DNA from: an uncultured Gemmatimonadales bacterium
Lineage (GTDB): Bacteria > Gemmatimonadota > Gemmatimonadetes > Gemmatimonadales > GWC2-71-9
Length of the DNA: 64,000 nt
Direction of reading: 5' to 3'
Assembly: GCA_963739455.1 (NCBI GenBank)
Contig: CAVUAK010000002.1
Span: 352,001 to 416,000 of the forward strand
Shown here: one piece after another, positions 25,901 through 37,432 of the stretch
How positions within the stretch are numbered: position 1 is the stretch's first letter
Layout: each line of letters begins with the position of its first letter
Notes under the pieces: model-generated
The model's input: the letters and a program-made list of their open reading frames with translations, nothing else
Databases searched by the model: none
What the model was told of the DNA's origin: nothing
Program-made: the position numbers and the translations under genes

Positions 25901-25920
25901 TTCCGGTGGCATCCGGTGGT
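25901..25920. repeat. Tandem 10-bp repeat TTCCGGTGGC ATCCGGTGGT (candidate arm-type sites)
   Basis: Same CCGGTGG core and 10-bp period as 15252-15271. Confidence 0.6.
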
Positions 25921-26043
25921 GCCTGTGCCTTTCTCCGCCGTTTTCTGCCCTCCGGGACGGGGAGCGACGCGCGACGTTTTCACCAAGCAAATGCGCGTGC
26001 AACATGGGGTTATCCCTGTCGCACGCGCATGTGAAAAGTCTGC

Positions 26044-26083
26044 TTATGAGTCCGCTGCTCTAACCGACTGAGCTAAGGGCCCG
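26044..26083. repeat. att direct repeat, right copy (displaced 5' tRNA fragment)
   Basis: Identical to 15161-15200; stops at the anticodon loop CTCATAA. Confidence 0.97.
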
Positions 26084-26094
26084 CGTCCCTTCAA

Positions 26095-26442
26095 CTATCG
26101 CTCGTACTCCTGCTCCAGCGGCTCGACGACCACCGCCGTGCCATAGCACAACACTTCCGTGACGCCCTTCCCGATCTCGGTGGCATCGTAGCGCACGCCA
26201 ACAACAGCGTTCGCCCCTCGTCGATCCGCGTGTGCCATCATGATCTCATACGCCTCATCCCGCGCCTTCTCGCACAGGTCGGTGTAGAGCGAGATGTTGC
26301 CCCCGACAATCGTCTGCAGGCTCGCCCCGATCTGGCCGAATACCGAGCGCGACCGAACCACGATGCCCCGCACGATACCCAGGCTCTGGATGACGCGGTG
26401 GTTCTCGAGCGTGAAGGTCGTCGTCGTCATGTCCGTGTGCAT
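26095..26442 (-). CDS. ybjQ: YbjQ/UPF0145 family protein
   Basis: [12 protein letters not shown]...[11 protein letters not shown]...EVLCYGTAV. Confidence 0.9.
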   Translation of the reverse strand: MHTDMTTTTFTLENHRVIQSLGIVRGIVVRSRSVFGQIGASLQTIVGGNISLYTDLCEKARDEAYEIMMAHADRRGANAVVGVRYDATEIGKGVTEVLCYGTAVVVEPLEQEYER

Positions 26443-27524
26443 CAGCTGCTCCCCTGGGCCCGCACTCGCTCATACAGCGCGATGTAGCGCTCCGCCATGA
26501 TAGCCCGCGTGAACTGTTCCTTCACCCGCTGGCGGCCGGCAGCTCCCATCCGTTCCCGCAGTTGCGGATCCCGTCCGAGCGTCTCGAGCGCGCGCGACAT
26601 CGCCTCCACATCGCGGATCGGCACCTCGAGCCCCGTGACGCCAGGGAGGCTCAGCTCACGCACGCCGGTCGGCAACGCCGTGGTGATGACCGCCCGCCCT
26701 GCCGCCATCGCCTCGAGCACTGAGATCCCGAACATCTCGTCGGAGGTTACCGACGGAAGCACCAGGAAGTCAGCATCGGCCATGCGGCGCGGCAGGTCCT
26801 CGTCGGGGTACTCGCCGAACCAGCGCACGCGATCGGCAATGGCGAGTGCCCGGGCCATTGTCTTGAGGCGCGGGGCATCCGGCCCATTGCCGATGACGTC
26901 GAGTCGCACGTCCGACGTCTGCTCCAGCGCCCGCAGCAGGATGTCGAGGCCCTTCCAGCTCGCCAGCCGGCCGATGAAGATGGCCCGGGGCGGCGCTCCT
27001 GGCGGTGGCGGCGGCACGACGTCCCAGCGCGACTCGTCGATGCCGAACGGGATCACCTCGGTCTTCGCCTCGTAGCCGCGCAGGTCAGCCGACAATGCCA
27101 GGTGCGCCCGGCTCGGAACAACGATCGCCTTGGCCTTGCGGAGCACGAGGCGAACCGCCGGGCGGTAGATGCCATGACGGGCGTCGCCGTGGTGCGTTAC
27201 CACCACCGGGGCGCTCCCCGCGCGGAGAAGCACGGCGACATCGGCCAGCACATGGGGATGGTGCACGTGGATGATGTCCGCCCGCTTCCACGCCGCCGCC
27301 AGGTAGCCCGGCGCGATCTCCTGCGACCCGAGGGCGCCCAGCGAATAGGTGCGCGTGACGGTGCTGCGCGAGCGACCGGACTGGCCGGTGCCGAACACGG
27401 ACTCGACCGCGACCACCTGCACGTCGTGTCCGAGCGCCGCGGCACCTTCCGCGAGGCCCTGCACGACCCGCTCCATGCCGCCGGAACGTGGCCAGTAATA
27501 CTTGGCGAGGTGCAGGATCCGCAT
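26442..27524 (-). CDS. Glycosyltransferase family 4
   Basis: [36 protein letters not shown]. Confidence 0.92.
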   Translation of the reverse strand: MRILHLAKYYWPRSGGMERVVQGLAEGAAALGHDVQVVAVESVFGTGQSGRSRSTVTRTYSLGALGSQEIAPGYLAAAWKRADIIHVHHPHVLADVAVLLRAGSAPVVVTHHGDARHGIYRPAVRLVLRKAKAIVVPSRAHLALSADLRGYEAKTEVIPFGIDESRWDVVPPPPPGAPPRAIFIGRLASWKGLDILLRALEQTSDVRLDVIGNGPDAPRLKTMARALAIADRVRWFGEYPDEDLPRRMADADFLVLPSVTSDEMFGISVLEAMAAGRAVITTALPTGVRELSLPGVTGLEVPIRDVEAMSRALETLGRDPQLRERMGAAGRQRVKEQFTRAIMAERYIALYERVRAQGSS

Positions 27525-27708
27525 GCATACCCGTATACGAAGGAAGCAACGCCGTGTCCCATGAATGGGCCGTGCCGCGGCGGCGGGAAGTTGGCCACGT
27601 TGCCGGGCCCGGTCAACCGCGCACTTGGTACCGTGCGACGCGCCAGTAGATTACCCGGACCGTGCAGGCACGGCACCTCACCATTCCCGGCTCCAGCAAC
27701 AGGAATTC

Positions 27709-28844
27709 GTGCGCGCTCTCGTCATCTCAACGGACGCGATTGATCCGTCCCAGCGGGGCAAGCTCCGCGCGCTCGAGGGCATGGGCTGTTCCGTCGCCCT
27801 GGCGGTGCCGGCCGACTGGCCCGAGGGTGGACATCGGGTCGAGTGGGGTTCGGACGGCGGCATCAAGGTCGCGCCCATTCAGGTGCGAGGCGGCGACGAA
27901 CCCGCGTACCCTCCGCTGGCGCGGCGGCGGACTGACCCGGCTCCTCACCGAGTTCCGGCCCGACATCATCCAGGTCGAAGGTGAGCCATGGTGGCCCATC
28001 GCCGCGCGCGCACTGCGGCTCGCCGAGAAGCTCAAGATCCCGGCGGTCCTGGTCGCGAAGCACGAGCGTCCCTGCGCCCCTCAGCTTCGCCGAGCGACTG
28101 CGCCGCGGACGATCGCTCCGTGCCGCCCGCGGGTTCATCGGCATCAATCGTCTCGCGCGCGACCTGCTCCTCCGCGACCGGCCCAACATTCCCCACACCG
28201 TCATTCCGCTTCATGGCGTCAGCGTGCCGGTCCAGGGACGGCCTCGCTCACCCCGCCCCGGCTTCGACATCGGGTTCATCGGACGCCTGGTGCCCGAGCG
28301 CGGCGCCGACCTGCTGATCCGGGCCTGCGCTCGTCTCCGAGGCGACTGGAGCCTGACGCTGGTCGGCACCGGCCCGGAACAGCAGGAACTCGAGGCGCTC
28401 GCGGAGAAGGTGGGCATCGGCTCCCGGGTGCGCTGGCTCGGCGGCATGCCGCGGCACTGGCTCGACTCGGTCTGGCCAACCCTCGACTGCGTTGTGCTCC
28501 CGGCTCGCACGACCCAGCGCTGGGTCGAGCCGGTCGGCCAGGCACTGCTCGACGCGATGGCGCAGGGACTGCCGGTCATCGGAACCGAGTCCGGTGTGCT
28601 GCCTGAGATCATCGGCGACGCGGGCATCGTGGTTGGAGAGGACGACCCGGACGTGCTCGGACTCGCCCTCGAACGCCTGCAGACGATGCCGGACGAACAG
28701 GCGCGTCTCGGCGCTGCCGGGCGTCGGCGGGTCATGGCGGAGTACGTGGACGACGCCATCGCCCGCAAGATGCTGGCCTTCTGGCGCGAGGTCATCGGTG
28801 CCGCGTCCCCGGAAGTGCCGCGCCACGACTCCCCAACACCTTGA
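27709..28844 (+). CDS. Glycosyltransferase family 4; probable indels near ~27907 and ~28064
   Basis: Segments in three frames: MRALVIS.., FRPDIIQVEGEPW, IGFIGRLVPERG..EPVGQALLDAMAQGLPVI. Confidence 0.8.
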
Positions 28845-28877
28845 CTTAGCTCTACTTGCGACGAAACTTCGGCCCCA

Positions 28878-31430
28878 TGATGCCATCCGGCCTGTAACCC
28901 GCGCGGCGCTCCGGTTGCTGCCCGCGGTCCTCCTTGCCCTGCTCCTCTCGGTCGGCCGGCACGCGCCCGGCTCTTTGCCCAGGATCCGATACCGGGATTT
29001 CCCGAGGCGGCACTTCCGAATGCGGCCACGCTACCGCCGGAGCAGGCCCGCGCACTGCTCGCGTCGCGTCCTGACCTGGCGCAGCAGGTGCGCGAGCGTA
29101 TCGCTGCATCCGGGATGACGCCGCAGCAGATCCACGAACGCCTCACCGCCGCCGGCTACCCCGAGGACCTGCTCGATCCGTACATGGCCGGAGCGGGTAC
29201 AGACGCAGCCACGTCAACGACGGCGCCAACAGCCACCACCGTTGACGCCTTGCGCTCGCTCGGAGTCGTGAGCGCCAAGGGCGCAGACAGCCTGCTGGCG
29301 AAGGACTCGACGGCCGCCATCAACAGGGAAATCCTGCAGGACTCACTCGGACGATCCAGGGACCTGGAGGTGTTCGGTCTCGAGGTGTTCCGGCGCCGCA
29401 CGCGCGAGTTCGCCCCGGCGCTCGCCGGGCCTATCGACCCGAACTACGTGCTTGGCCCGGGCGACCTGCTCGTCCTGGTGCTGACGGGAGACGTGGAGAA
29501 GTCCTCGTCCCTCGAGGTGAATCGCGAGGGCTACGTCCTGATCCCGCAGGTGGGCCAGGTGCAGGTGGCCAACCTGACGCTGGGACAGGCAACCGACCTG
29601 CTGTACACCAAGCTGGGCCGTGTCTATTCCGGCATCGGCCGCGGTCCCGACGCCCGCACCAGGTTCCAGCTGTCGGTCGGCAAGATCCGCGCGGTGCAGA
29701 TCTACGTATCTGGTGACGTGGCGCGGCCGGGACTCTATCAGGTGGCGGGAGCGGGCTCGGTGCTGAGCGCCCTGTATTCTGCCGGCGGTCCGACGGCGCG
29801 GGGCACCTTCCGGAAAATCGAGGTGCGCCGCGGCAGTGAGCTGCTCGGCACGGTCGACCTCTACGACTACCTGCTGAGGGGCATCAACAGCACCAATCTC
29901 CGGCTCACCTCGGGCGACGTCGTGTTCGTGCCGCCGCATGGACCCCAGGTAAAGGTGACGGGAGAAATCCTCCGCCCTGCCATCTATGAGCTCGTCCCCA
30001 ACGAGACCCTGCGCGACCTCATCGCGTCGGCTGGTGGCTTCACGGATCAGGCACTGACCACCCGCGTACAGATCAGCCGTATCCTGCCGCCAGCGGCCCG
30101 TGGCACCGGCGGACGCGACCGGGTCGTCATCGACGTGTCGGGCGAGCAGCTCGCCCAGGGTACGGTGCCTCCCTACCCGATGGAAGCAGGCGACTCGGTC
30201 ATCGTCTTCCCGGTCACGCGCCGGCAGCGCGCGGTCGTCACGGTCCAAGGCAATGTCTGGCTTCCGGGGCCGGTGGGATTCACGCCGGGCATGAACCTCG
30301 GCGACGCGATCCGGCTTGCCGGCGGGCCCAAGGCGGATGTCTTCCTTGGCGACGTGCTGGTGATGCGCCTGCAGCCCGACTCGACCCGCATCCAGCTCCG
30401 GAGTGCCCTGGCCGATTCGACCGGGCTGCCGGTTAACAACTTCGCGCTCGCCGAGGATGATCAGATCAGGGTGTTCTCCAGGAGCGACTTTCGGAGCGAC
30501 CGCTATATCGTAATAACCGGTGCCGTGCGGAAGCCGGGCCGGCAGCCTTACAGCGAGGGGATGACACTGCGCGATGCCGCGTTGCTCGCCGACGGACTAC
30601 GCGAAGACGCCTTCCTTGACTACGCGGATGTGGCACGGCTGCCGGCGAGCCGTGCTGATGGACAAGTCGCAACGTCGATCAGGGTCCCGCTCGATTCGAC
30701 TTATGTGTTCGATCGCGGAGCCAATGGGAAGTACCTCGGTCCGCCGGGCCTTCCAGCGCCGGCGTCTGGTGCAAAGTCGTTCGTGCTGGAGCCGTTCGAC
30801 AACATCCTGATCTTCGAGCAGCCTGGCTGGGAATTGCAGCGTGTCGTTGCGCTCACCGGCCAGGTGCAGTTCCCCGGGCGCTATGCCCTTCGCAACCGGA
30901 ACGAGCGCCTGAGCGACCTGATCGCCCAGGCCGGCGGACTGACCAAGGAAGCCTATCCCGAGGGGATCCAGTTCTTCCGGCACAAGGACCAAGCAGGTCG
31001 CATCGGCATCGACCTGCCACTGGCTCTGCAGGATAGCGCGTACCACGACAATCTCGTGCTGGCAGGCGGGGATTCGATCCACATCCCGGAGTACAACCCG
31101 GTCGTGCGCGTGTCCGGCGCAGTCAACGCGCCGTTGGCGGTGACGTGGGCCGAGGGGAAGAACATGGACTTCTACATTGCGTCTTCAGGTGGGTACAGCC
31201 GGGACGCCGACAAGGGTCGGACCTTCGTGACGCAGCCCAGCGGAAAGGTGGAGAGCGTGCACCGCCGTTTCCTGATCCCGGACGGCAAGCCGGTGCCGGC
31301 GGCGGGAGCCACGATTTTCGTTCCGGAGAAGGACAAGACGAAGTCGGGAACCAACACGCTGCAGGTACTTGCGACCGCGGCCACCATTCTGGCCAGCCTC
31401 GCGACGATCATCATCGTCGCGAAGCAGTAG
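28878..31430 (+). CDS. SLBB-domain polysaccharide export protein (Wza/KpsD-like); N-terminus frameshifted, start approximate
   Basis: NYVLGPGDLL, G.V.RPG.Y repeats, DLYDYLLRG, C-terminal hydrophobic helix; signal peptide in another frame upstream of ~28965. Confidence 0.85.
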
Positions 31431-31432
31431 CG

Positions 31433-33362
31433 TCAGGCTGAGCGCTTCTTGAGCAGGGCCGTCAGGCCGCGGGCTGGGGTTGCCCGCGGGCCGGCCGCAC
31501 TCGCGGGGGTGTAGTCGGGTACCAGCCGCAAGCAGCAGCATCCGCAATTCGTCGCCGCCCACGCCATTCTGGCACTCGCCCAGCAGCCGGTCCACCGCCG
31601 CCTCGATCCCGACCGGCAACGCGCTGTTCTTGGCGCGCAGTACCTTGGGATGGCTGGTGGGAGCCGCGTTCTCGGAATTGAAGAACAGTTCCTCATAGAG
31701 CTTCTCGCCCGGCCGGGTACCGCTGAACCGGATCTCGATGTCGCCCACCTCGAGGCCCGACAGGCGGATGAGGTCGTTGGCCAGGTCCACGATCTTGAGC
31801 GGCTCGCCCATGTCCAGCACGAATACCTCGCCGCCCTGGCCGATGGCCCCGGCCTGCAGCACCAGCTGCACCGCCTCCGGGATGGTCATGAAATAGCGGC
31901 GCATCTCCGGGTGGGTAATCGTGAGCGGACCGCCCTCGCGGATCTGCCGGAGGAAGGTCGGCACCACGCTCCCACGGCTGCCCAGCACGTTGCCGAACCG
32001 CACCGCGACGAAGTTCTTCCCCTGCTCTTCCGCGATCTTCTGCACGATCTGCTCGGCGACCCGCTTGGTGGCGCCCATGACGTTGGTGGGCCGCACCGCC
32101 TTGTCGGTCGAGATCAGCACAAAGTGCTTGACACCGAATTCGGCGGACAGCTCGGCCACGTTGCGTGTGCCCAGCACGTTGTTCGTCACCGCCTCGGCGC
32201 TGTTGGTCTCCATGAGCGGGACATGCTTGTGAGCCGCTGCATGGAAGACCGCGAAGGGCGTGAAGCTCTCGAACACGTGCTGCATACGCTGCCGGTCCCG
32301 GATGTCCGCGATGACCGGGCACGCAGGTCACGTTCGGGGCAAGCCGAACCAGTTCGTGGTAAGTGTCGAAGATCGAGTTCTCGCCATGGCCCAGCATGAT
32401 GATGCGGGCCGGCTCGAGCAGCGCGAGCTGGCGGCAGAGCTCGCTGCCGATCGAACCGCCGGCACCGGTCACCAGCACCGTCTCACCGGTCGCGAGCTGG
32501 CGGACCTGGGCCATGTCGGTGCTGATCGGCTCGCGCCGCAGCAGGTCCTCGATCTGCACCTCGCGGAGCGCCGTAACGGACACGCGACCGGAGAGGATAT
32601 CGAACATCCCCGGCACCGTACGCGCCCGCGCACCGGCCGCGTGTGCCGCGTCCACCACTTCGCGCACCACCTTCCCGGGCGCGCGCGGCATCGCGATGAT
32701 CACTTCCTGCGCCGCGAGCTCCTCGATGAGGCGGGTCAGGTCCTTGAGCGCACCAAGCACCGGCAGGTCGAGCATCCGGTGCCCGTGCTTTCGCCGGTCA
32801 TCGTCGACGAACCCGACCGGCTGCAAGCCGATCTGCGGGTGGCCCAGCAGTTCCTTGCCGATCAACTCCCCGGCCGCCCCGGCCCCCACGATGATGACCC
32901 GCTCGCTCTGCGCCTGCGAGCGTCGCTGTCGGCGCCGCGTGAGCAGCCGCACGCCGAGGCGCGGGAGCGTGACGAAGACTGCGGAGAGAAGGATGTCGAG
33001 GAAGAGAACGGAGATGGGAACGCGAGCGGGTATCAGGCCAAGCGCCGGAAGGATGAGCGCCCCTGCCAGCACACAGGCCAGCCCGAATCCACTGACTGCG
33101 GTGATAAGTCGTTCAACCTCGACGACGCTCGCGTGCCTCCAGAGGCGTTTGTAGATGCCGGCCTGATAGCAGACGGCCAGACGGAGACGGGACTGATAAC
33201 GAGGAGGTAGACGAGGGCAGTCTGCCGGTAGGGCTCCGGCCACTCGAAGCCCTCGAACCGCAGCGCAAACGCGAGCGCCGTCGAGACACTGAACAGTACG
33301 GTGTCCGAGAGGACAAAAAAGCGATTCCGTACTGTTGGTCCGAAGGAGCGCGGGTAGGTCAT
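31433..33362 (-). CDS. Nucleoside-diphosphate sugar 4,6-dehydratase (CapD/PglF/WbpM family); probable indels at ~33190, ~32320, ~31530
   Basis: IVGAGAAG, IEDLLRRE, LVTGAGGSIGSELCRQ, HAAAHKHVP, ISTDKAVRPTNVMGATKR, VRFGNVLGSRGSV, RPGEKLYEEL. Confidence 0.9.
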
Positions 33363-34421
33363 TGCGCGAAAAGCTTGTCTTGGAACTGGCGCCATGTCAA
33401 GGACTTGGGCAGTGTCGGCAGATCCCGGACGCTAATGCGTCGCTCCAGCACGACACCTACCAGGAGAACAATGACCAGGTACAGGGCTGACGCGCCGGTG
33501 CGCCAATCGCCAGCGGGCAGGGACGAGCAGAACGCCCCGACCACCGACTCCGACCCCGTACAGGAGGCTGACACGGGCGTGCCCCCACCCGCCATTGGCC
33601 AGCCTCTGGTAGAAGTGAGAGCGGTGAGCCTCGGTGAGGGCCTCGCCCACGGCGCCAGCGCCTGAGCAGGGTGACGTTCGCGTCGAGTACGATCGGCCAG
33701 AGGGGCAGGAAGGTCAGTATGATCCCGCGTCCGGTCTCGCGCATCAGCAACACGCCCACGATCACGAAGGCGAACCCGATCGCGCCGGAACCCACGTCAC
33801 CCAGGAAGATTCGCGCGGGACTCCAGTTCCAGACCAGGAAGCCGGCGGCGGCCCCGGCGAGCGCGAGCGCCGCAACCTGATGCGGCACCGCCCGGCGCGC
33901 CCGCTGCCGCGGCAAAGAGGCCGTAACACCAGGGCGGTGAGCCCGATGAGGCCGTCGATGCCGTCGATGAAATTGACCACGTTCGCTGCGGCGATGCCGC
34001 AGAAGATCCACCACGCTACCACGACCGGGGGAGCCCAGGCAGGTACGGCATCAGGCAGGAGGACCAACGGCAGCAGGGTGCCGGCTGCCACGGCGTGCGC
34101 TACCAATCGCAGGCGTACCGCCAACCCACCGTGATCATCGATCCAGCCTATCACCGCCACTGCGGCAACCCCTCCAAGGGCTGTGAGCAGCGGCCAACTG
34201 CCTGGCCAGCCCCGGACGAGCGAGGGGACAATCACGAGCAGCCATGCGGCGAGGAGCCCGGCCCCACCGCCGCGCGGTGTCGGCGTGGAGTGTGAACTGC
34301 GCTCGCCAGGATGGTCGAGGACGTCGCGATGGAGCGCGTACTGTCGCACGATGCCGACCAGCGCGGCGCTCGCGACGAGCGCCGCCGCAAATGTGAGCAC
34401 CGACAGGAATGGCGGTGTCAT
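33359..34421 (-). CDS. MraY/WecA-like polyprenyl-phosphate GlcNAc-1-P transferase (WbpL-like); several probable indels
   Basis: DHPGERSSHSTPTPRGGG, GWIDD, NFIDGIDG, WNWSPARIFLGDVGS, AHRSHFYQRL. Confidence 0.88.
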
Positions 34422-35374
34422 CCCATCTTCTCGCTGCGCCACCACCCTGCGGTGACCGCCAGGGCATCACCCAGTTCAACCGGGGGACGCCATCCGAGCG
34501 TGGACTGAATCAGGCTGCTGTTCACCCGCAACGTGCCCAGGAGGCGCTCGAGGTCCGCCTTGCGCCCGAGCACTGCGCCTGCCTGGCGCATGAGGCTGAT
34601 CGGCGCGCCGAAAAGGCGGGGTCGGCCACCGAGGGAGATGGCAAGGCGCCGTAGCAGTTCGCTCACACCCACGTCATGATCGTCACTGACAAGGAACATC
34701 CTGTTCTGCGCCGCGGTATGGGGCATTGCGATCATGACTGCGCTGGCAAGATTGTCCACAAAGATCATGCTGCGCAGGTTATCCATCCCCCCAAGTGGCA
34801 GTGGCCAGCGCGCCGCGACGTCCGCCAGTTGCAGCAGCCTCCGAAAGTTGCCGCCGACGCCAGGACCATACACGAGCGGTGGACGCATGATGGTCCAGCC
34901 CATGGCACCGCCAGCTTCACGCACGACCCGTTCGGCATCGAGCTTGGACTGTCCATAGGGATCGACCGGGCGCGGCGGATCCGACTCCGTGTACGGCGCT
35001 GCTCCGCCCTCACCGTTCACCTTGATCGAGCTCACGAAGATGAACCGCCGAGCGCCGGCTGCCCGGGCCGCGGCCACCACGGCACGCGTGCCTTCCACGT
35101 TGACCCGCTGAAACTCGGCGATCGGGTCGCTGGCCTCGGTCATGACGTGCACGCGTGCGGCGAGATGTACCACTGCGTCCACGCCGGCCATGTGCGGTGC
35201 AAGGGCCCCGCTCTCGATCGGGCTTTCAACAACGGGCGCCTCGACACCGGCGGGAAGCGCCGCTCGTGACTTCTCGTGCCTCACCGGGGCGACTACCTGA
35301 TGGCCGCCGTCGACCAGCATTGCACAAAGGCGCCGGCCCACGAAGCCCGACCCACCCGTCACGAGCACTCTCAC
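34418..35374 (-). CDS. NAD-dependent epimerase/dehydratase
   Basis: VLVTGGSGFVG, HLAARVH, YGQSK, RPPLVYGPG. Confidence 0.92.
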   Translation of the reverse strand: MRVLVTGGSGFVGRRLCAMLVDGGHQVVAPVRHEKSRAALPAGVEAPVVESPIESGALAPHMAGVDAVVHLAARVHVMTEASDPIAEFQRVNVEGTRAVVAAARAAGARRFIFVSSIKVNGEGGAAPYTESDPPRPVDPYGQSKLDAERVVREAGGAMGWTIMRPPLVYGPGVGGNFRRLLQLADVAARWPLPLGGMDNLRSMIFVDNLASAVMIAMPHTAAQNRMFLVSDDHDVGVSELLRRLAISLGGRPRLFGAPISLMRQAGAVLGRKADLERLLGTLRVNSSLIQSTLGWRPPVELGDALAVTAGWWRSEKMG

Positions 35375-36504
35375 GACGAGAGTACATCCCGATAGAGTGC
35401 CAAGTGCCGGTCTACGACGAGTTGCAAGCCAAACTCCCGCTCTGCCAGCGCGCGACCAGCACGACCGAAGTGCTCACGACGCGCTGGGTCCTCCAGCAGT
35501 TCCCGCAGCGCTTGTGCGAGTGCAGCCGGATCGCACGCTGGCACCAGCAGTCCGGTTCGCCCCGGATCGACGCAATCCCGGCAACCCGGAACATCTGTCG
35601 TTACAATGGCGCGGCCTGACGCCGCCGCCTCGAGGAGCGCCTTGGGCATGCCCTCGCGATAGGAAGGCAGGCAGACAAGGTGCGAAGCAGCGAGTACCTC
35701 GGGCATGTCGGACCGACGACCCCACCACTCAATCGCACCCTCTGCCACCCAGGCATTAATTGTGGCGGACGATACCGCGCTCGGATTGGCCGGATCGAGC
35801 CCGCCAACCAGGGCAAACCGGGCGCGAACGCCCGCTCGCCGGAGATACCGCGCCGCTTCCACGAACTCCACAAGCCCCTTGTCCTTCAGCATGCGCGCCG
35901 GAAAGACCACGAGCGGCACTCCGGGAGGTTCAGGCTGGAAGCGATAGCGGGCCAAGTCCACTCCCGACCCAGGAATGAGCGCGCCGCGGTCGGAGGCGAC
36001 GATCCGCTCGTACACGAACTCGTCTCGATCCGTCGTGTTCTGAAAGAGAAACCAGGACCGGCGCCTGTCGCCGACAAGTCGGAGGGTCTGGTGCGCAACC
36101 CGGTTGCGAAAGCGCGCACCTAATCCCGGAGCCAGCAGCATGGAGCCGCGCCCGGTCACGGCGTTGACGGTGTGGGGCACCCGCGCGAGTCGTGCGGCAA
36201 GGCTGCCATAGAGGACCGGCTTCAGGGTAACGTGGTGGGCGATCGCCGGGCGCAACTGGCGGTAAAGCGTAGTTAGGGCACGCACAGTGAGCAGGTCGGC
36301 CACCAGCCCGGAATGGCCACGCTGCATGGGCAGCGGGTGGAATGGCAAGCCGGCCCTTTCGCACTCCTCCACCGTTTCGTCGGGCGCCGCCACGACCTGT
36401 ACGTCGAAACCTGCATCGCGAATGGCGACCGCAAGCGCGAGTCGGTGCGAGACAAAAAACCACGAGACGTTCGCGACGATGAGGATGCGCGGCTTACCCG
36501 CCAT
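35371..36504 (-). CDS. Glycosyltransferase family 4
   Basis: FVSHRL, ARMLKDKG, PSYREGMPKALLEAAASG. Confidence 0.92.
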   Translation of the reverse strand: MAGKPRILIVANVSWFFVSHRLALAVAIRDAGFDVQVVAAPDETVEECERAGLPFHPLPMQRGHSGLVADLLTVRALTTLYRQLRPAIAHHVTLKPVLYGSLAARLARVPHTVNAVTGRGSMLLAPGLGARFRNRVAHQTLRLVGDRRRSWFLFQNTTDRDEFVYERIVASDRGALIPGSGVDLARYRFQPEPPGVPLVVFPARMLKDKGLVEFVEAARYLRRAGVRARFALVGGLDPANPSAVSSATINAWVAEGAIEWWGRRSDMPEVLAASHLVCLPSYREGMPKALLEAAASGRAIVTTDVPGCRDCVDPGRTGLLVPACDPAALAQALRELLEDPARREHFGRAGRALAEREFGLQLVVDRHLALYRDVLSS

Positions 36505-37432
36505 CCAGGGAGTCCCCCCGCTTTCTTGCAGCCCCGCTCTGGCCGTGAAACTGCGCCTGGGCCAACAGCGCCAGCATCACGATCACGCCGGTCAGTGTTG
36601 ACCACAGTACCGCTCCAAGGAGCAGCCCGCGCGATCGTGGAAGCAGCGTCTTCGGGAGCGCGTCGAGCACGATCAATGCCGGAGTGGCCTCGAGCTCGCG
36701 CGCAGCAGCGGACTCACGGTCCGTGACTGCCTGAGAATAGCCGGTCTCGGCGGTGCGCAATTCGCGTTCGAGACGCTGCTCCGTGATCGAGGCCTCCGAG
36801 TACCGGCCCACCGTGCGGTTCGCTTCAAGGAAATGCCGCTGCGCTTCCTCCGCGACTGATAGCCGCCGTCCGGCACTGTCGACACGCAGATCCTGGGCAT
36901 GCTTCATCGCACTGGCCTGGGCGCGCGTCGCGTTGACGAATGCCGCGCTCGTCTCGTCGAGAAGTTTCGCGGTCATTTGTCGTACGAGCCCGCTGTCACG
37001 CGCAGAGACGCGAATAGTGACGAGACCACTTTGGAGATCTGCCGAGGCCGACACCGCGGTGCGCATGGTCTCGAGCAACGAGCGGTCGTTCACCCGACCG
37101 GGCCCGGCGTTGCGCAGCCGGTCCACATAGCGCCGGCCCGAATCGTCGGGCACTGAGCCGACGGCAATCAACACCCCGTCCAGGCGGGCCAGTCGCGCGA
37201 CCAAAACAGGCGTCGATTGCAGGCCACCCAGTCCGTTGGCACCAAGTACGCTGGCGGCGAGACTGGCTCCGCTCATGCTTGCGCGACTCGTGACCGGGGA
37301 CACCACCACGGTGCCATCGTAGGTGCGAGGACGGATCAGCCCGACCACGACCGAGAGAACCCCAATCGCCGCTGCCACGCCGACGATGAGGGGCGCCCGC
37401 ATTCGAACTATCGACACGGGATCCAAGTTCAT
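36494..37432 (-). CDS. Wzz-like chain-length determinant / polysaccharide copolymerase
   Basis: N- and C-terminal TM helices flanking a coiled-coil region; PRTY after TM1 and Pro-rich motif before TM2. Confidence 0.7.
   Translation of the reverse strand: MNLDPVSIVRMRAPLIVGVAAAIGVLSVVVGLIRPRTYDGTVVVSPVTSRASMSGASLAASVLGANGLGGLQSTPVLVARLARLDGVLIAVGSVPDDSGRRYVDRLRNAGPGRVNDRSLLETMRTAVSASADLQSGLVTIRVSARDSGLVRQMTAKLLDETSAAFVNATRAQASAMKHAQDLRVDSAGRRLSVAEEAQRHFLEANRTVGRYSEASITEQRLERELRTAETGYSQAVTDRESAAARELEATPALIVLDALPKTLLPRSRGLLLGAVLWSTLTGVIVMLALLAQAQFHGQSGAARKRGDSLDGG

Larger units (their letters stand above)
15161..26083. mobile_element. Integrated satellite-like (PICI/P4-like) element, ~10.9 kb, in tRNA(CAT)
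   Basis: Perfect 40-bp direct repeats at both ends; integrase at one end; Xis-like HTH, Prim-Pol and SF3 helicase inside; no recognisable capsid, terminase or conjugation genes. Confidence 0.9.

Noticed and set aside
15161..26083. Complete prophage or conjugative element
   Set aside because: Only 10.9 kb, with no recognisable capsid, portal, large terminase, tail, lysis, relaxase or T4SS genes
27709..34421. Pseudogenised or phase-variable polysaccharide genes
   Set aside because: Breaks are not in long homopolymer or SSR tracts, no in-frame stops accumulate, and similar breaks hit conserved housekeeping genes; sequencing error is more parsimonious
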